This document shows, piece by piece, positions 1 through 8,625 of a stretch of DNA of 64,000 bases. Position numbers and translations under genes: made by a program. Origin of the DNA: Alkalispirochaeta sp. (lineage in GTDB: Bacteria; Spirochaetota; Spirochaetia; DSM-27196; Alkalispirochaetaceae); NCBI GenBank assembly GCA_965601925.1, contig OZ271854.1, positions 1,472,001 through 1,536,000 on the forward strand. The letters run 5' to 3'. Positions within the stretch are counted from its first letter, which is position 1; each line of letters starts with the position of its first letter. The notes under the pieces were generated by a model, which saw only the letters and a program-made list of their open reading frames with translations, was not told where the DNA came from and searched no databases.

Positions 1-487
1 GGGCGTACTCAAAGGCGTAACGGATCACCCGCTCGCTTCCAGGGCGCGTGATCAACTTGAGACATTGGGTGACGTCTATCGTCTGGCGGTGCTCGATTCC
101 CGCGTACAGATCCTCCTCGTTCTCCCGAACGATGACGACGTCCATATCGGGATAGTGCGTCTCGACGTACGGATTGAAGGCCTGTACGGGACGCACGTTG
201 GCAAAGAGCCCCAGAGATTTGCGAATCGTGACGTTGAGGCTCTTGTACCCTCCTCCCTGCGGGGTCGTGATGGGTCCTTTGAAGAGCACTTTCGTGCGCC
301 GAATTGCATCCCACGCCGCAGTGTCGATCCCCGCTGAGTTACCCGCAAGATAGAGCTTTTCTCCGATATCGATAAACTCAGGTTTGATTTCCGCGCCTGC
401 AGCATCGAGAATTCGCAACGTAGCGTCCATGATTTCAGGACCGATTCCGTCTCCTCGGGCTACCGTCATGTGTATTTTCCGACTCAT
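1..487 (-). CDS. icd: Isocitrate dehydrogenase (isocitrate/isopropylmalate dehydrogenase family), 5' part; runs off window
   Basis: Not in ORF track. Manual translation from ATG at 487 gives MSRKIHMTVARGDGIGPEIMDATLRIL...KGPITTPQGGGYKSLNVTIRKSLGLFANVRP, the typical IDH N-terminus. Confidence 0.9.
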   Translation of the reverse strand, partial: MSRKIHMTVARGDGIGPEIMDATLRILDAAGAEIKPEFIDIGEKLYLAGNSAGIDTAAWDAIRRTKVLFKGPITTPQGGGYKSLNVTIRKSLGLFANVRPVQAFNPYVETHYPDMDVVIVRENEEDLYAGIEHRQTIDVTQCLKLITRPGSERVIRYAFEYA

Positions 488-494
488 GGGGCAA

Positions 495-523
495 ACTATA
501 ACCATGGCCATCGACCGTTGCAA
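495..523 (-). promoter_or_regulatory. Sigma70-type promoter of icd (probably leaderless transcript)
   Basis: Minus strand TTGCAA-17 nt-TATAGT, ending 7 nt before the ATG; no SD. Confidence 0.65.
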
Positions 524-553
524 AGGGATCGACCCCTTCCGTCAGGAGAGCAC

Positions 554-2026
554 ATGATTACGGTTTTGTTCGCGACCACCGACCCGGCGGAGTGCGACCT
601 CTTTCGCCGCGTGGTGCGGGATCGCGCGTTAGACATACAGACTATCGTTCCGGGAGATCTGCATCGCGCCCACGAGGTCGTCGCCGAAGGCGTGATCGAC
701 GTGATCGTTACCGATCTTCATTTCCAGGACGGAGACTTCGCGGAGTGGCTCTTTCTGTGGCAGCACCCATTCATGCTCCTCGTCGATTGGAACGAATGCG
801 ATCAAGCCGGAGAAATCGTTAAGGACCAGACATCCGACTTTACGGTTCGCGATCCCCAATTGCGACACATCCACTATCTGCCGATGGCGTTACGCAAACT
901 TCTCAATAACAAAGAGGCGATGGAACGTCAGAATCTGGATCTTCGGGCGACGGAGCAACGCTACAGCGAACTGGTACAAGCGTTACCCGACATCATCTAC
1001 TCGCTCGACGGCGAGGGACGCTTCGTCTTCGTCAACGACTCCATCCGGCGCCTCGGGTGGAATCCCGTCGAGTTGATCGGCAAGCATTTTGACGTGATTA
1101 TCGATCCCGAGGATATGGAAAAAGTGAGTCGCCGCCACGTCGCCGGGGAGCACCAACGCCGGTACCCCGGACAACTGGCACTGTTCGACGAACGCAAGAG
1201 CGACGACCATATGGTGAAGCTCAAGCGGAAAACGAACCTCATAGGCTCCGAAGATCTCTTCGGTTCGATCATCACCTACGGAGAGGTGAACGCAGTGGGA
1301 TTCGTCACCCCCGGGCAGCCGGTCGATGAATCGGGATCGATCGGCATCATCCGAGACATCACACAACGCAAAGAGGCGGAAGAGATCGTGCGTCGGAGCC
1401 TGCGCGAAAAAGAGCTCCTCCTCTCGGAAATCCACCATCGCGTCAAGAACAACCTCCAGGTCATCTCGAGTCTCCTCAACTTACAATCCGGAGGCATCCG
1501 CGACGAGGAGGCGCAGGGACGGTTTGCCGACGCACAGATGCAGATCCAATCGATGGCTTTGGTGCATGAACATCTCTATCAGAGCGGTATCTTCGGTACG
1601 CTCAACATGTCTCACTACGTGGAAAGTCTCTGCGGGCACTTATTCGACATATACGGCGCGCCACACGAGCATGTAGCCCTCGATATATGCGTCGAGGCGA
1701 TTCCGATCAGTATCCGCCAGGCGATGCCGATCGCACTCATCCTCAACGAATTGGTTTCCAACAGTCTGAAATATGCCTTTCCCGGCGATCGCTCCGGAAC
1801 GATTCGGATCGCGATGTCTCTTACGGACGAGGACTACGTCGAGTTAGTCGTTGACGACGACGGTGTCGGATTTCCGGACAATTTCGAGGTAGCCGACGGC
1901 GCGACGCTCGGACATACGTTGATACACAGCCTCGTTCATCAACTCGATGGAACGCTGGATATCGCCGGGAAGGACGGTGTACGATGCGTGATTCGTTTTG
2001 CGTTTGACCACAACATGACGACGTAG
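554..2026 (+). CDS. Sensor histidine kinase: receiver-like, PAS, HisKA_2 and HATPase domains
   Basis: EIHHRVKNNLQ H-box, NELVSNSLKYAF N-box, DDGVG G1 box, PAS segment LPDIIYSLDGEGRFVFVN; AGGAGA RBS before ATG 554. Confidence 0.9.
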   Translation: MITVLFATTDPAECDLFRRVVRDRALDIQTIVPGDLHRAHEVVAEGVIDVIVTDLHFQDGDFAEWLFLWQHPFMLLVDWNECDQAGEIVKDQTSDFTVRDPQLRHIHYLPMALRKLLNNKEAMERQNLDLRATEQRYSELVQALPDIIYSLDGEGRFVFVNDSIRRLGWNPVELIGKHFDVIIDPEDMEKVSRRHVAGEHQRRYPGQLALFDERKSDDHMVKLKRKTNLIGSEDLFGSIITYGEVNAVGFVTPGQPVDESGSIGIIRDITQRKEAEEIVRRSLREKELLLSEIHHRVKNNLQVISSLLNLQSGGIRDEEAQGRFADAQMQIQSMALVHEHLYQSGIFGTLNMSHYVESLCGHLFDIYGAPHEHVALDICVEAIPISIRQAMPIALILNELVSNSLKYAFPGDRSGTIRIAMSLTDEDYVELVVDDDGVGFPDNFEVADGATLGHTLIHSLVHQLDGTLDIAGKDGVRCVIRFAFDHNMTT

Positions 2027-2078
2027 CGGAGACGCGCCGAGGCGACGCGTCACCTCAACGGTACTGAAAGGAACACCC

Positions 2079-3044
2079 ATGCCGACCGTGCTTGTCACCG
2101 ACGACCGCCATACGAGCTATGATATAGAGCGTACCATCTTAGGCGAGGCGGGAATCACCTGCGAGGTTCACGATTTCGCCGATCTGGAGGCGACCGCCGG
2201 CCACTTCGAGCGCGCCGACGGACTCCTCTTGAATCTCTTTCCGCTGGATGCGGCGGCGATTGCGCGCCTACCGCGATGCCGGGTGATTTCGCGGTACGGA
2301 ACCGGGTACGACAACGTCGACATCGAGGCGGCCACATCGGCCGGTATATGGGTCACGCGCGTCCCCGACTACGCCACCGAAGACGCCTCAGACCACGCCT
2401 TGGCGCTGCTGCTGGCGGCGGTGCGACAGATACCCAATCGCGATCGCGCGGTTCGAGGCGGTGAGTGGAACGCATCGCCGCCGTCACCGGTGAGGCGCCT
2501 TGCCGGGCGTACCTTCGGCGTGGCGGGCCTGGGACGAATCGGAAAAGCGATGATCCGAAAAGTCTCGGGATTCGGTTTCGCGCGTATCCTGGTGTACGAC
2601 CCGCATAAGACGCCGGGCGTCATAAAGGGCCACGGCGCACGTCAGGCGGAACTCGACACGTTCATCCGAGAGTGCGACATCATATCGTGGCACGTCCCGT
2701 TGACCGAGGAGACCCGTCGATTCGTCGGCCGTCGCGAGTTCGGACTGGTCAAGCCGGGCGCCGTGTGGGTCAACACCGCGCGGGGCGCGATCTTCGACGA
2801 GACGGCTCTTGCGGATGCTCTCAAACGTGGCCGCTTGGCGTACGCCGGGCTCGATGTGTTCTCCACGGAGCCGCTTCCGGCCGACAGCCCCTTTCGGTCC
2901 TTCGACAATGTCGTCCTCAGCGACCACTTCGGCTATTACTCCGAAGAGTCGATCGTGGACCTGAAGACGAAGGCGGCGCAAAACGTCGTGGAGGTCCTCT
3001 CGGGTCGGCCTCCGAGCTATCCGGTCAACCGCCCGTCCGCTTAG
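2079..3044 (+). CDS. D-isomer-specific 2-hydroxyacid dehydrogenase (CtBP/SerA-like)
   Basis: GTGYDNVD, GLGRIG, VNTARG, LDVFSTEP and SDHFGYYS motifs. Confidence 0.9.
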   Translation: MPTVLVTDDRHTSYDIERTILGEAGITCEVHDFADLEATAGHFERADGLLLNLFPLDAAAIARLPRCRVISRYGTGYDNVDIEAATSAGIWVTRVPDYATEDASDHALALLLAAVRQIPNRDRAVRGGEWNASPPSPVRRLAGRTFGVAGLGRIGKAMIRKVSGFGFARILVYDPHKTPGVIKGHGARQAELDTFIRECDIISWHVPLTEETRRFVGRREFGLVKPGAVWVNTARGAIFDETALADALKRGRLAYAGLDVFSTEPLPADSPFRSFDNVVLSDHFGYYSEESIVDLKTKAAQNVVEVLSGRPPSYPVNRPSA

Positions 3045-3100
3045 TTGTCGAGGACCGCAAAGCGACGCATCCGCCGCACACTGCCGATCGAAGCGCATGA

Positions 3101-3131
3101 GGCTCTTGCGAAATTGCATTTTGCAAGAGCC
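3101..3131. repeat. Inverted repeat GGCTCTTGCGAAAT-TGC-ATTTTGCAAGAGCC
   Basis: Directly visible 14-bp arms with one mismatch; resembles abutted IS/MITE ends. Confidence 0.7.
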
Positions 3132-3174
3132 CCAATATCGGGGCTGGTCACAGCCTTCGGCTGTTGCTCGGCGC

Positions 3175-3214
3175 GGATGCGTACCGGAGGGGCGAAGCCC
3201 TGAGGAACGCATCC
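3175..3214 (+). repeat. Solo copy of the hairpin core of the 50.6 kb and 57 kb repeat family
   Basis: GGATGCGTACCGGAGGGGCGAAGCCCTGAGGAACGCATCC matches the array core GAYGCGTACCGSAGG...GAGGAACGCATC. Confidence 0.8.
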
Positions 3215-3216
3215 AG

Positions 3217-3315
3217 ATGCGTCCGGGGCTGATCGCAATCCTGACGGATTGCTGCTCGCCCATGCGTCCGGGGCTGGTCGCAATCCTGACGGATTGCTGC
3301 TCGCCCATGCGTCCG
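3217..3315. repeat. Tandem 45-bp repeat (2 full copies plus 9 bp) with internal hairpin
   Basis: Units start at 3217, 3262 and 3307 (ATGCGTCCGGGGCTGRTCGCAATCCTGACGGATTGCTGCTCGCCC); contains GCAATCC-TGAC-GGATTGC. Confidence 0.9.
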
Positions 3316-3321
3316 AGTCGG

Positions 3322-3403
3322 AATCATAATTACATACTCCGTATATAACTATGATTTCTAAAGGTCCTGGCATTTCTAAAAATCGTCGATTTTTGAAATT
3401 GCC
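3322..3403. repeat. Two AT-rich inverted repeats (3322-3356 and 3369-3403)
   Basis: AATCATAATTACATAC-TCC-GTATATAACTATGATT and GGCATTTCTAAAAATCG-T-CGATTTTTGAAATTGCC. Confidence 0.75.
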
Positions 3404-3424
3404 TGACATGATTTTTCCGCCTGT

Positions 3425-4117
3425 GTGTGGAATCATTATGATGTGCGTATTCGACCTTTTGCCGCGTTACTGATGATAGGCCTCGCCGGTTGCGCATCGG
3501 TTCCCTTCCACGTGCCGGCTCCGTGGGAACGGTCGGAGCCCCCGACGGCCAATCCTCACCTATCCGACGAACCGGACGATATCGCCGCTCTTCGTTCGGC
3601 GATTGCCGACTCGGCGCGCTCGTTGACCGGTCGTCGCACCCTCTTCGTGGGCGACCGCCGCTACAACTGGGATTGCAGCGGGGCGGTTCTTGCCGCGTAC
3701 TATCAGGCGGGCGTGGACCTCGACGCCGCGTTCGGACGCGAGGAGGGAAACGGTGTTCGTCGACTCCACGCCCTTGCGACTCGCTACAGTGAAGCGACAA
3801 GGAGGCGGGACATCGCTCCCGGAGACCTTATCTTCTGGGACAATACCTTCGATCGTAACGGGAACGGCCGTTGGGACGACCCGTTGACACACGTCGCGAT
3901 CGTGGTAGAGGTCGATCCCGACGGTACCATCGCCTACATTCACCACCACTATCGCCGCGGCATCGTCGAAGAGCGGATGAACCTACGCTATCCCGATGAT
4001 CCCGAGCGCAACTCCGCGATGCGCATGCGCGGTCAACCGCGTCACGTCGACGCGCTATGGCTTTCGAGTCACCTGTTCCGCGAGGCGGGACGCCCCTACA
4101 TGGTCCTCGTCGACTAG
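3425..4117 (+). CDS. NlpC/P60 (C40 peptidase/CHAP-like) lipoprotein; exact start uncertain
   Basis: Lipobox LAGC, DCSG catalytic Cys, PGDLIFW, THVAIV. Confidence 0.85.
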   Translation: MWNHYDVRIRPFAALLMIGLAGCASVPFHVPAPWERSEPPTANPHLSDEPDDIAALRSAIADSARSLTGRRTLFVGDRRYNWDCSGAVLAAYYQAGVDLDAAFGREEGNGVRRLHALATRYSEATRRRDIAPGDLIFWDNTFDRNGNGRWDDPLTHVAIVVEVDPDGTIAYIHHHYRRGIVEERMNLRYPDDPERNSAMRMRGQPRHVDALWLSSHLFREAGRPYMVLVD

Positions 4118-4133
4118 GATACACTACCGCCCC

Positions 4134-5186
4134 ATGAGGACACCCACTCCCAGGCATCCGCGGAGTGCAATGGTGGGAATCGTTGCGCTCATTGTCGTAC
4201 TTGCGGGCTGTCGGTCCACATCGGGACCGAGTACCGCGTCCGAGTTTCTGTTAGGCACCATTATCAGCGTCGCCGTCCATGATGAAGACTATGACGAGGC
4301 GACGACCGAGGCGGTGTTTCAGCGCGTGGCCGAGATCGAGGCGCGTATGAGCACTTCGGTGGAAGACTACGATACCACCGAGCTCTTGGAAGTCAATCGC
4401 GCGTCCGGTACCGCCGGCGTGGTCGTTTCGCGGGATACATTCACGGTACTCGAAGCGGCGGCCCACTACTCACGCATCACCGACGGCGCCTTCGACGTCA
4501 CGATATGGCCGTTGGTCACTCTGTGGGGCATCGGCACCGGCGAGGAAACCGTACCGTCGATAGATCGGATGGAGGCCGCACGCGACCTGGTAGACCATAC
4601 CCGTCTGTCGTTGCGGCCTACAACACGCGAAGTACACCTCGCGACGCCCGGTATGGGAGTCGATGTGGGCGCGATCGCCAAGGGATATGCGGCGGACGAG
4701 GCGGAGCGAATACTTCGAGAGGCGGGCGTGGAGAAGGCGCTGCTCGATTTCGGAGGAAACATCCTGGTCATCGGATCGCGCCCCGACGGTTCTCCGTGGC
4801 GCATCGGCGTTCAGCGACCCGACGCGGAACGAACGCAATTTATCGGCATCGTCCACGCGGTGGATCGAACCATCGTCACGAGCGGTCCCTACGAGCGCTT
4901 CTTCGAGCAAGACGGTGTGCGCTACCATCATATTTTGGACCCCGCGACGGGGTATCCGGCAAGCTCGGGATTGGAGCAGGTAACGATCATCGCCCGACGC
5001 TCGATGGACGCCGATGCGTTATCTACATCGGTTTTCATTATGGGAATCGAGCGAGGCGTAGCGCTTGTAGAATCCTTGGAGGATGTGGAGGCGATTTTCG
5101 TCACCGAGGACCGCGAGGTCCATCTCTCCGCCGGCGTGGGAACGGACTTCACCCTGACCGACGAGAGTTATCGCATCGCGGAGTAA
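4134..5186 (+). CDS. apbE: FAD:protein FMN transferase, ApbE family lipoprotein
   Basis: LAGC lipobox, GAFDVTI, DVGAIAKGYAAD, GGNI, TSGPYERFF, YHHILDP, ADALSTSVF. Confidence 0.93.
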   Translation: MRTPTPRHPRSAMVGIVALIVVLAGCRSTSGPSTASEFLLGTIISVAVHDEDYDEATTEAVFQRVAEIEARMSTSVEDYDTTELLEVNRASGTAGVVVSRDTFTVLEAAAHYSRITDGAFDVTIWPLVTLWGIGTGEETVPSIDRMEAARDLVDHTRLSLRPTTREVHLATPGMGVDVGAIAKGYAADEAERILREAGVEKALLDFGGNILVIGSRPDGSPWRIGVQRPDAERTQFIGIVHAVDRTIVTSGPYERFFEQDGVRYHHILDPATGYPASSGLEQVTIIARRSMDADALSTSVFIMGIERGVALVESLEDVEAIFVTEDREVHLSAGVGTDFTLTDESYRIAE

Positions 5187-5276
5187 CGCGACCGCCACGC
5201 ACCGAGGACGGAGCGCCGCTTCGGCATGGGATCGCCCCGGCGACGCCCTCCGTGCGATCCGCTCCGGGCCTTCCCT

Positions 5277-6152
5277 TCAACCCTTGAGACCCGCGGTCGC
5301 GATGCTCTGCACGAACCAACGCTGAAATGCGGCAAAGACGATGAGAATCGGTACGGTGATCAGCGAGGCGAACGCCAAGATGTGGCCCCACTGGAGATTC
5401 AACACGTACAGGGCGGTGATTCCGATCGGCAGCGGCCGCACCGCCTCGGATCGCGTGACCATCAGCGGCCACAAATACGAGTTCCAGATCGTAAGGGACT
5501 GGAGAATGGCGACGGTCGCAAAGACCGGCTTGGACAGCGGCAGGGTGAAGTTCCAGTAGATGCGAAACGGCTTGATTCCGTCCACATAGCACGACTCGTC
5601 GATCTCCCGCGGTATTCCGATGAAAAACTGGTAAAAGAGAAACGTCGAGAACGCCTCGGCGGCAAAAGGAAAGATCTGCACGCGATAAGTATCCAACCAC
5701 GAGGCGCTCCCGTCGAACCACGGTAGGTTGTTTACGAGCACGAGCATCGGGATGGCGATCGTCTCCAGCGGAACGATGGCCAGCGCGATGATAAAGGGCA
5801 GAATGAATCGCTTTGCCGGCCAATAGAGACGTGCCAGGGCAAAGGCCAGCATGCTGTTGAACCACAACCCTAACAGAACCGTAGAGACGGTGATCATCAT
5901 GGAGTTAAAGAAGAACCGCCAGAAGGGCACCCGGCCGAAGACGTAGGCGAAGTTCTCGAACGTTATCTGGGTGGGAACGAAGGCGAGAACGACGGTGCGT
6001 AGGTCGGAAAAGATGCGCGCTTCGGTCTTGAGCGACGAGACGATCATGAAGACCAACGGGAATACGAAAAACAGCGCGAATAGTACCATCACCCCGTAGG
6101 AGGCGAGGCGGGAAAACGGTAGCGCCTTCGGCGAACGCATAGCAGTGTACAT
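5277..6152 (-). CDS. Carbohydrate ABC transporter permease (MalG-like)
   Basis: TM pattern, EAA-like loop IPREIDESCYVDG, WNSYLWP, ends GLKG. Confidence 0.92.
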   Translation of the reverse strand: MYTAMRSPKALPFSRLASYGVMVLFALFFVFPLVFMIVSSLKTEARIFSDLRTVVLAFVPTQITFENFAYVFGRVPFWRFFFNSMMITVSTVLLGLWFNSMLAFALARLYWPAKRFILPFIIALAIVPLETIAIPMLVLVNNLPWFDGSASWLDTYRVQIFPFAAEAFSTFLFYQFFIGIPREIDESCYVDGIKPFRIYWNFTLPLSKPVFATVAILQSLTIWNSYLWPLMVTRSEAVRPLPIGITALYVLNLQWGHILAFASLITVPILIVFAAFQRWFVQSIATAGLKG

Positions 6153-6167
6153 AATCTCGGTACCGCC

Positions 6168-7235
6168 TCAGTGCATCTCGGTCTCGGACTTCAACAGCGC
6201 CTTTTGGACGAGGGCGACGATCAGCACCACGACGAAGAAGACCATCGTGACCGCCGAGGCGTACCCGATTCGTTGCTGTCGAAATCCGCGCTCAACCGCG
6301 TAGTACACCACCGTACTGGTCGCATCCTGCGGCCCGCCCCTGGTCATTACATCCACCTGCGTGAAAACGCGAAAGGCGAGGATCGTCGTGCTGATAATGA
6401 CGAAGATCGTCGTGTTTCTAAGCTGTGGAATCGTCACATTCAGAAATCGCTGAAATGCACCGGCGCCGTCGATTTGAGCCTGCTCGTACAAATAAGCCGG
6501 TATCCCCTGCAACCCGGCGAGAAAAATGACCATTTGAAATCCGGTTGCCTGCCACGCCGACACGATGATAATTGCGGCCAGTGCGTAGCGCCGATCCACC
6601 AGCCATCCGATGCCGGATATGCGCCCCACCGTTACGCGCTCGATAACGGCATTGATCACCCCCTGGTTGGGGTTGTAGAGGAACGACCATACGATCGCGA
6701 TGACCGCCATCGGAGTGACGACCGGCGCGAAGTACACGGTTCGAAAGGCGTTCCTCCCCTTGATCTTCCGATTGACGAGCAACGCAAGGACCAGCGCCAG
6801 TCCCCCCTGTCCCGGAACGATGAACGCCACGAAGATGAGCGTATTGACGAACGACCGCATAAAGACGACATCGGAGGCGAGGAGAATCGTGATCGTGGAG
6901 CCGGAACGCATGCGGAACCACTCGCGATACCCGCTGTACGCCTCGTCGGTCCGAAGGACGGTGCGAATCTCCGCCTCGAGCACCTCGTCGTCCGCCGCTC
7001 CAAACTCGGTGGTGTCGAGGGTGAGCGTCTTCACCGAGAGCAGCGTGCGATAGTTCTCAAGACCCACGAACCGCGTCGGAACCGGAGAGATCAGGCGCCG
7101 GTTTGTCATACTCCAGTATCCGCCCAACAAAAGCGGCAGGAGGACGAAGGTGACCAGTATAGTGAGCCCCGGGAGGCTCATGAGCCACGCCGAAGAACGC
7201 TGGTGTGCCAAAAGGAGCTGGCGACCGGAACGCAT
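6168..7235 (-). CDS. Carbohydrate ABC transporter permease (MalF-like)
   Basis: FVGLENY, AGLQGIPAYLYEQAQIDGA, TRGGP. Confidence 0.92.
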   Translation of the reverse strand: MRSGRQLLLAHQRSSAWLMSLPGLTILVTFVLLPLLLGGYWSMTNRRLISPVPTRFVGLENYRTLLSVKTLTLDTTEFGAADDEVLEAEIRTVLRTDEAYSGYREWFRMRSGSTITILLASDVVFMRSFVNTLIFVAFIVPGQGGLALVLALLVNRKIKGRNAFRTVYFAPVVTPMAVIAIVWSFLYNPNQGVINAVIERVTVGRISGIGWLVDRRYALAAIIIVSAWQATGFQMVIFLAGLQGIPAYLYEQAQIDGAGAFQRFLNVTIPQLRNTTIFVIISTTILAFRVFTQVDVMTRGGPQDATSTVVYYAVERGFRQQRIGYASAVTMVFFVVVLIVALVQKALLKSETEMH

Positions 7236-7248
7236 AGAACATCCTCAC

Positions 7249-7304
7249 GCGGTCGAGCCGCGGTCGAGCGGATAATGAACCGCTCGCCGCGACTCGGCGA
7301 CCGC
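7249..7304 (-). other. Long GC-rich intercistronic hairpin after the solute-binding protein gene (possible mRNA stabiliser)
   Basis: GCGGTCG...CGAGCGG-loop-CCGCTCG...CGACCGC between the SBP and permease genes. Confidence 0.5.
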
Positions 7305-7314
7305 AGCCTCGCGT

Positions 7315-8625
7315 CTACTGAGCGGGATATCCGTCGTTTTGGCGAATATCTTCTTCGATGGAATCCACGGCGATATCCAGTTCGGTCTGCACGTCGGCCC
7401 CTTTGATGATGTTATCCATCGCAGTGTAGAAGGCCGCCGTGATCGCCGGATACCCCGGAGTCTTGGGCCGCGGCACTGCGACTCCGTTCTGGAGTTGCTG
7501 AACAAAGACGCTCAATGCGCCCCCTTCGGCGTACAGATCCGACTGCGCAAACGCCGTAGCGCGCCCCGGCACCGCTCCGTTTACATCGGTGATCGAGAGA
7601 ATTTCATCCGGCTGTAAGATGAACTCCAGAAACGCCCACGCTCCCTCCGGATTCTCACTCTGAGACGAGATCGCCCACGCCCACGAACCCATGCCGGTCA
7701 CTGCGGCCTCGCCGAAGCGCGGCATGGGAATGACGACCACATCGTCGCCGAACGCGTCGGAGTACGTATTCCACATCCAATGACCCAACCAACCGAGCGC
7801 CGCCCTCCCGTTTACGAACTCGTTGTCGTCCGGCGGGCTCACGATCGAGTATCCGCGTTCGAAGATCCCCTGGACGGCGGTCATCGCCTCGACCGCGGCC
7901 GGCCCGTTCAGCACCCCCTCGGCGCTCTGGTAGTCCGAGCGATCGATCAGGTCGCCGCCGTAGCTCTGCACGACCGGAGAGAAACCGTACGTAAACCACT
8001 CACCGGCACCGTAATTCATCTTGAGATCGATCGCATACTCAACCTCCGGTAGCGCCTGAAGCGCCGCAAGGGCCTGCAGAAACTCCTCGCGCGACCACGC
8101 ATCGTCGATCGAACGGGGAATGCGCACGCCCGCTTGTTCGAGCAGGGAGACGCGACCGACGAGCGCGAGCCCGGAGTCGTACTGACCGATCGCGTACATT
8201 CGTCCGTTGTACGTTCCTTGATCGATGAGCGACGGCAACATGTCGTTTCGCAACTCGGCGGACATGTACTGGTCGAGGGGATGCAGATACCCCGCCCACG
8301 CATAGTTGTACAGATTCGGTCCGTCCAGGTCCAAGATATCGGGCAAGTCATTTGCGACGGCGGCGGCGTTCACGGCGTCGTTGTAACCACTTCCGGCGAC
8401 CGCCCCGCCCGGTATCTCGGTCATCACGACGCGATAGTCGGCCTGCGACGCATTGAACCGTTCGATCTGGCTCCGCATCGCCTCGGTCTCGTCGGCGGTA
8501 CCCCCGTGGAACCACAGACTCAGCTCGGCGACGCCGCCGTCCGTCTCTTCACTCCCTCCACCGGCGAAGACGAATGACGCCGTCGCAACGGATAATGCCA
8601 ACACGATGAATAACGGTTTTCTCAT
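7315..8625 (-). CDS. Sugar ABC transporter solute-binding protein
   Basis: Signal ending VFAGGG, LPDILDLDGP, SBP_bac_1-type C-terminus; in operon with the permeases. Confidence 0.92.
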   Translation of the reverse strand: MRKPLFIVLALSVATASFVFAGGGSEETDGGVAELSLWFHGGTADETEAMRSQIERFNASQADYRVVMTEIPGGAVAGSGYNDAVNAAAVANDLPDILDLDGPNLYNYAWAGYLHPLDQYMSAELRNDMLPSLIDQGTYNGRMYAIGQYDSGLALVGRVSLLEQAGVRIPRSIDDAWSREEFLQALAALQALPEVEYAIDLKMNYGAGEWFTYGFSPVVQSYGGDLIDRSDYQSAEGVLNGPAAVEAMTAVQGIFERGYSIVSPPDDNEFVNGRAALGWLGHWMWNTYSDAFGDDVVVIPMPRFGEAAVTGMGSWAWAISSQSENPEGAWAFLEFILQPDEILSITDVNGAVPGRATAFAQSDLYAEGGALSVFVQQLQNGVAVPRPKTPGYPAITAAFYTAMDNIIKGADVQTELDIAVDSIEEDIRQNDGYPAQ

